Below, piece by piece: positions 59,208 to 64,000 of a DNA stretch of 64,000 bases. Under the pieces are notes generated by a model. The model made no database searches. It saw only the letters and a program-made list of their open reading frames with translations, and had not been told where the DNA came from. This stretch comes from an uncultured delta proteobacterium (GTDB lineage Bacteria > Myxococcota_A > Polyangia > Polyangiales > Polyangiaceae). Numbering within the stretch: position 1 is the first letter of the stretch; every line of letters begins with the position of its first letter. Made by a program: the position numbers and the translations under genes. The DNA lies in assembly GCA_963696385.1 (NCBI GenBank), contig CAVOKF010000007.1, positions 1,152,001 through 1,216,000 on the forward strand, given 5' to 3'.

Positions 59208-60824
59208 CTACTCGAGCGAGTCGGCCAATTCGTTGATGTACACCTCGAGATTCGTGTAACCGGTGCATAAGGTCTCTTCGAGGGCGTCGGAAGCGTCGGT
59301 GGCGCTCAGGCCATGAGAGGTCTCCCACGCATCCGGGATCCCGTCGCTGTCCGTGTCCACGGGCGCGGTGCCCCCCGTGATGGTGCCATAGCCGCCATTG
59401 GCGAGGTTGGTCGCGGCTTGCGTCGTCCACAGGCTGCCCGTCTTGCCGAGAGACGTCACGTCGGCGATCACCGACGTGTCCACCTGGTCGCGGGGCAGCG
59501 CGCCGGCGTGCGCCACGTCGTAGGCATAGGCCTGCGCGGCGGTGGCGGTCGCGAGCGACGTCGTCGTCGGTGCCCACGGTGCGGTAAGCGCCGTCGATCC
59601 CATCGCGACGATCGTCGTTCCACTCAAGGTGCCGTCCTTGTTGTTGTCGATCTCGTTGCCGGAGCTGTACACGGACTGATTGCTCATCTGGAAGAACGCA
59701 TCGGCTGCGCTCGTGGTCGAGGGACCGGTGATGAGGTAGTTGTTGACGATGTCGTGCGTGAAATCTCCGGACGAATCGCCCGCCGTGTAGCCCGCCTGAA
59801 AGTTGTAAATCACGTTGTTGATGAACTGCGTATTGCCCTTCGCGAGCGGGTTGCGGTTGTGGGCACTCGACCAGACGTTTTCGTACCACGTGACACTGGT
59901 GCTCGTGGCGTGGGCGTTGAACTGCTGTCCGATCGGATCCGCGATGATCGACCGCTGCATCGTGACGTCCATGCCGGCGTTGATGTCGCAGTTATCCCAC
60001 TTGCCGAACTCGATGGACACATGGTCGAGGATGAGCTGCATCGAACTGTCGGCGGACAAGGAGCTCTTGCCCGTATCGGGATCGTCTGTGCCCTCACGAA
60101 AGCGCATATGCCGGACGATGATGTTCGACGAGTTGCTGAACGACACTTCGGCCGCTTGAACGGCGATCCCACCACCCGGTGCCGTTTGGCCCGCGAGGGT
60201 CAGATCCCCGGAGACACTCAGCGGAGAAGCGAGCTGGATCGCGCCTCCGACGGAGAAGACGATGACGCGGTGGCCGACGCTGACGGCATCGCGCAACGAT
60301 CCGGTCCCCGAGTCGTTCAGGTTGGTCACGTAAACCGCGGCGCTACCCCGACCGCCGGTCGCGGTGGCTCCGAAGCCGACGGCTCCGGGGAACGCCACCG
60401 CAGGACCGCTCGGACACGCCACCGACGCATCGGCGGCGAGGGTGGATCCGCCGCCGGGCGAGCCCGTCGAGGCATCGTCACCGACCGGGGTGCTGCTGGA
60501 GCCCGAGGACGAGGGCCCGGTCGAAGTCGAAGTCGAAGTCGAAGACGACGACGAAGCGTTTCCGCTCGACGCGGAGCTCGTGGCGGAGCTCGACTGCGTG
60601 CCCGTATGGGGGCCCCCCGCGCTGCTGCTGGCGGCGCTTTGAGTCGCGGGAGTCGTCGCGCTTGGGGCTGTCGCGGTCTGAGTCGCCGTGCCGGCGGAGG
60701 TTGGATTGTTCGAAGTCGCACTGTTCGAAGTCGAACCGGATCCGCTCGTTGCCGACGTCGGCCCTTGACCGCATGCGCCGACTGCGATGCCCCCGAGTGC
60801 CACGAGCGCCGCGAAACGAATCAT
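59208..60824 (-). CDS. Pectate lyase (PL1-like) lipoprotein
   Basis: Lipobox VGAC, Ser/Thr linker, AFPGAVGFG..TGGRG, VTNLNDSGTGSLR, IVRHMRFR, DHVS, RNP, DSDGIPDAWE, GYTNLEVYIN. Confidence 0.9.
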   Translation of the reverse strand: MIRFAALVALGGIAVGACGQGPTSATSGSGSTSNSATSNNPTSAGTATQTATAPSATTPATQSAASSSAGGPHTGTQSSSATSSASSGNASSSSSTSTSTSTGPSSSGSSSTPVGDDASTGSPGGGSTLAADASVACPSGPAVAFPGAVGFGATATGGRGSAAVYVTNLNDSGTGSLRDAVSVGHRVIVFSVGGAIQLASPLSVSGDLTLAGQTAPGGGIAVQAAEVSFSNSSNIIVRHMRFREGTDDPDTGKSSLSADSSMQLILDHVSIEFGKWDNCDINAGMDVTMQRSIIADPIGQQFNAHATSTSVTWYENVWSSAHNRNPLAKGNTQFINNVIYNFQAGYTAGDSSGDFTHDIVNNYLITGPSTTSAADAFFQMSNQSVYSSGNEIDNNKDGTLSGTTIVAMGSTALTAPWAPTTTSLATATAAQAYAYDVAHAGALPRDQVDTSVIADVTSLGKTGSLWTTQAATNLANGGYGTITGGTAPVDTDSDGIPDAWETSHGLSATDASDALEETLCTGYTNLEVYINELADSLE

Positions 60825-60976
60825 AGAAACACCTTAAGGCCCAAAAACGGCCTTTGACAGTATGGCGGAGCGATCCGCATGCTTCAAGGCTTCACGGACG
60901 CGGCACCGCGGGGGGAATTCGACAGTGTGGCTGGTTGAAACGGCCCCCCGGACCGTCGAGACGCCGAAGGGCCCGT

Positions 60977-61098
60977 GCGCTGTCGCTCGCGAAGACGCGC
61001 TGTCGCTCGCGAAGACGCGCTGTCGCTCGCGAAGACGCGCTGTCGCTCGCGAAGACGCGCTGTCGCTCGCGAAGACGCGCTGTCGCTCGCGAAGACGC
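60977..61098. repeat. Perfect 20-bp tandem repeat x6 (intergenic VNTR)
   Basis: GCGCTGTCGCTCGCGAAGAC six times, 60977-61096, with no spacers. Confidence 0.97.
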
Positions 61099-61501
61099 AA
61101 GGGAGAGAACTTCTCGACGGGGATCGAACGCATCCAGCGCTCGCGATCGCCGGCTTTCCAACGTTGCGGACCCGACGCGGTCGCTCGATCCACCCGCGAT
61201 CGGCATCCGTGTCGAAGCGACGCCGGGCGATCGCGGATGAGCCGACCCTATCGTTGGGCGGCCTCAGGCTCGACGCGGTCCGGCACCGTTCGCGCTCGCG
61301 ACGATCGAACGCGCGGCTGGCGCCCGCGCAAACTCGCAAACGATCGGCGCGCGCGATCGGGCACCTTGCGCGTCGGCCGTTCGGGCACTATTTAGTGGCT
61401 GCACCGAACAGCGTTCACCGTGCACGACGACGCTCTCTCGATTCTGGGATTCGCGAAGTTGCAGGACGGCAACGACGCCAAGCGAAATCGAGAATAATAT
61501 C

Positions 61502-61801
61502 ATGGGCAATCGTCTCTATGTGGGCAACCTTTCGTTTCAATCGAACAGCGACTCGATTCGCACGACGTTCGCAGCGTTCGGCTCGGTCACGGACGTGCAC
61601 GTCGTGATGGATCGCGAGTCGGGTCAATCCCGTGGCTTCGCGTTCGTAACCATGGGCTCCGCGCAAGAGGCGGCAAAGGCCATCTCCCAGATGAACGGCG
61701 CGACCCTCGACGGGCGAGAGCTCCGGGTGAACGAAGCGGAAGAGCGTCCGAGCCGTGGTGGTGGTGGTGGCGGTGGTGGCGCCAAGCGGGAGCGCTGGTA
61801 A
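61502..61801 (+). CDS. RRM RNA-binding protein with Gly-rich tail
   Basis: RNP2 LYVGNL, RNP1 [19 protein letters not shown]. Confidence 0.96.
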   Translation: MGNRLYVGNLSFQSNSDSIRTTFAAFGSVTDVHVVMDRESGQSRGFAFVTMGSAQEAAKAISQMNGATLDGRELRVNEAEERPSRGGGGGGGGAKRERW

Positions 61802-61816
61802 TAGAGAGGCGCACCG

Positions 61817-62014
61817 ATGGCATCGAACACCACCTTTGCCAAACGCCAGAAAGAGCGCGCGCGCCAGGACAAGCAGCGCGAGAAGGACGCCAAGCGAAAG
61901 CAGCGTCGTGCAGAGGGGCCTGCCCCGCGCGCCGACGTCGAACCCGGCGTCGATCCGGACATTGCGGGAATCGTTCCGGGACCTCAGCCGGTCACCGACG
62001 ACTCAGGAACATAG
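61817..62014 (+). CDS. Small basic hypothetical protein
   Basis: GAGG RBS; TFAKRQKERARQDKQREK..DPDIAGIVPGPQP. Confidence 0.75.
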   Translation: MASNTTFAKRQKERARQDKQREKDAKRKQRRAEGPAPRADVEPGVDPDIAGIVPGPQPVTDDSGT

Positions 62015-62048
62015 CGGATTTCTGGGCCGGTCCGGATAGGCGACCGCC

Positions 62049-62858
62049 GTGGCTGCGCCGATCTCGCTCTGCGGTTCGTTATCGCGCTTCGCGAGTGTCC
62101 TCGGGCGCTCGATGCATGAAGCGGGCTATCGTGCGCTCGAACTCCCGTTCACCTATGTGCCCTTCGAGGTGCGCGAGCTCGGCGATGCCATCGCAGGGAT
62201 GCGTGGCCTGGGCATCCGGGGCTTGGGCGTATCGCATCCGTTCAAGCAAGACGTATTGCCCCTGCTGGACGAACTCGATCCGGTGGCCGAGCGAATTGGC
62301 GCGGTCAACACGGTCGTCAACGAAGACGGCCGGCTCGTCGGACACAACACGGACTGGATGGGCGCGATTCGCGCGCTTGAGGAGGTGTCCTCGGTCGCTG
62401 GCGCCCGGGTCCTGCTTCTCGGCGCCGGGGGGGCCGGACGCGCGATCGCCTTCGGTCTGCGCGACCGAGGCGCGGATGTCACGATTGCGAATCGAGGTCC
62501 CGCTGCGGCGCAGGCTCTTGCCCAGGAGACCGGCGCTCGCGCCGCGGCATGGGACGAACGCCTTCGGGCCGCCGACTACGAGACGGTGATCAACGCCACG
62601 GCTCTCGGTCAAGCGGACATCGACCCCGCAAGTCCGATACCCGACGATGCGATCCGATCGGGGCAGGTCGTGATGGACATCGTTTACAAGCCCGTTCGGA
62701 CGCGTCTTCTGGCGGCGGCGCGCGCCCGCGGCGCCCGCGCGATCCACGGAGGGCGAATGCTATTGCACCAAGCCGCGGCGCAATTCGAAATGTACACGGG
62801 CCGGCAGGCACCTCTCGCGGCGATGGACGCGGCGCTACGCGCCGCGGTCGGCGATTGA
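62049..62858 (+). CDS. aroE: Shikimate dehydrogenase
   Basis: MHEAGY, PFK, GAVNT, GHNTDWMG, LGAGGAGRA, INAT, DIVYKP, MLLHQA..QF. Confidence 0.93.
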   Translation: MAAPISLCGSLSRFASVLGRSMHEAGYRALELPFTYVPFEVRELGDAIAGMRGLGIRGLGVSHPFKQDVLPLLDELDPVAERIGAVNTVVNEDGRLVGHNTDWMGAIRALEEVSSVAGARVLLLGAGGAGRAIAFGLRDRGADVTIANRGPAAAQALAQETGARAAAWDERLRAADYETVINATALGQADIDPASPIPDDAIRSGQVVMDIVYKPVRTRLLAAARARGARAIHGGRMLLHQAAAQFEMYTGRQAPLAAMDAALRAAVGD

Positions 62859-63024
62859 CCCGGATCGGCTGACACCCCGACTCCCGGCGCGATCCGCGCG
62901 ACGAGAAGTCGCGCGGTGCAGTACCGCCGGTCCCTTCGGCTCTGCGCAAACCCCGAATTGGCTCCCGCGAATCCGCTCGTGCAACGCCCGCTACGAAGCG
63001 GGACGCGACCTCCACGCCGGCGCA

Positions 63025-63195
63025 CTACCGAGGCTCGTCCTCCGACGGACGGCCGAGCATGCCCATCACGGCGAAGACGTGGCCACGCGGGCACCGGACC
63101 CGCCCCTTTTCCGCCTCGGCAGCCGTCGTCTTCACGAGAGCGCCGCATTCGGTGCACTCGAGCTCGATGGCTTCATCGTCACGCCTTCCAATCAT
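63025..63195 (-). CDS. Small zinc-ribbon protein
   Basis: GGAGG RBS; CTECG...CPRGH. Confidence 0.65.
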   Translation of the reverse strand: MIGRRDDEAIELECTECGALVKTTAAEAEKGRVRCPRGHVFAVMGMLGRPSEDEPR

Positions 63196-63257
63196 GGTCT
63201 CCACCTCCCGCGGATTCAACTTCGCGCCGCCGAGCGTCGGGCGCAAGATCGGAGGCC

Positions 63258-64000
63258 GTGCACCCGCTCATCTTGCCGCCGAGGATCCCCGAACTCGCAC
63301 CGCCCGGCAGAGCCCTCGTGCTCCTCGACGGACCCATGGGCACCGAGCTCGTGCGACGGGGAGTTTCGCTCCCCGCGTTGGCCTGGAGCGCGGCGGCACT
63401 CGACATGGCGCCCAACGTGGTCGCGGCGATTCACGAGGAATACGCCAAAGCGGGGGCCACCGTCCACACCGCCAACACGTTTCGCACGAAGCGCCGAGCG
63501 GTCGGACAGCGATGGGACGAACTCGCGCGTCGGGCGGTGCGGATTGCGCGTGCGAGCGTTCCGAGCGGGCAGCGCATCGCCGGCAGCATCGCTCCGCTCG
63601 AGGACTGCTACATGCCGCACCGAAGCCCCGGACGGGGTTCGCGCGCGGAACACAGAGAGCTCGCACGCGTGCTGGCCGACGAACGAGTCGACCTTCTATT
63701 GTGCGAAACGTTCGCGGCTTCGCAAGAGGCCGCCACAGCGGTCGAGGAAGCCTCGCTCACCGGCGTGGAAACGTGGGTGGCGCTCACGGCCGGACCGGAT
63801 GCGTCGCTGCTGACGCCTGCGGCGATGCGAGAAGCGGCCCGATCGTGCGTGAGTGCGGGCGCTCGTGCCGTGCTTGTCAACTGCACCCCGGCGTCACAAA
63901 CCCTACGATTCGTGGAAGCGGTCTCGGGCCTGGGCGTACCGTACGGTGCGTACGCCAACGCAGGCGACCCCGGCGAGGGCATGGGGTGGGGCGCCGAGAC
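63258..64000 (+). CDS. Homocysteine S-methyltransferase family protein (runs off window)
   Basis: Manual translation from GTG 63258 (GGAGG RBS): LLDGPMGTEL, IHEEYAKAGA, TANTFRT, AGSIAPLEDCY, LLCETF, LVNC, YAN. Confidence 0.9.
   Translation, partial: MHPLILPPRIPELAPPGRALVLLDGPMGTELVRRGVSLPALAWSAAALDMAPNVVAAIHEEYAKAGATVHTANTFRTKRRAVGQRWDELARRAVRIARASVPSGQRIAGSIAPLEDCYMPHRSPGRGSRAEHRELARVLADERVDLLLCETFAASQEAATAVEEASLTGVETWVALTAGPDASLLTPAAMREAARSCVSAGARAVLVNCTPASQTLRFVEAVSGLGVPYGAYANAGDPGEGMGWGAE

Noticed and set aside
60977..61098. CRISPR array
   Set aside because: Repeats are directly adjacent with no spacers, and no cas genes are in the window.
60862..61607. ORFs spanning the 20-bp repeat
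   Set aside because: The unit length is not a multiple of three and translations are low-complexity with no RBS or motif support.

Overview
High-GC (~68-70%, by eye) bacterial chromosome segment. The gene content points to Myxococcota, probably Polyangiaceae/Sorangiineae (inferred from MXAN_2562- and MXAN_5187-like proteins, a Ser/Thr kinase-STAND fusion and a split atp operon). Roughly 1-48 kb is mostly housekeeping: rpoZ, yggS, rph-rdgB, atpI/B/E, clpB-like, mpl, suhB, tsaE, lgt, class II DAHP synthase, asd, folE, mlaE, cysS and tRNA-Arg(TCG). The left edge holds an LMF/DUF4266/DUF3570/TlpA envelope redox-like cluster. Roughly 48-61 kb is accessory: GH43 and PL1 lipoproteins, an orphan KdpE with TTTA-N7-TTTA boxes upstream of itself and of a porin, three paralogs of an unrecognised Cys-pair lipoprotein family (one fused to a methyltransferase), a decayed receiver domain and a 6x20-bp VNTR. 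The best novel candidate is an unannotated sigma54-type promoter (TGGCACG-N4-CTGC, 43553-43567). It has no downstream ORF, and its predicted +1 falls at the base of a G:U-containing hairpin with a C6 loop and T8 tail, i.e. a probable ~57-nt sRNA. Five single-site gene disruptions suggest residual assembly errors or recent decay. All family assignments come from motif recognition by eye; no database was searched.
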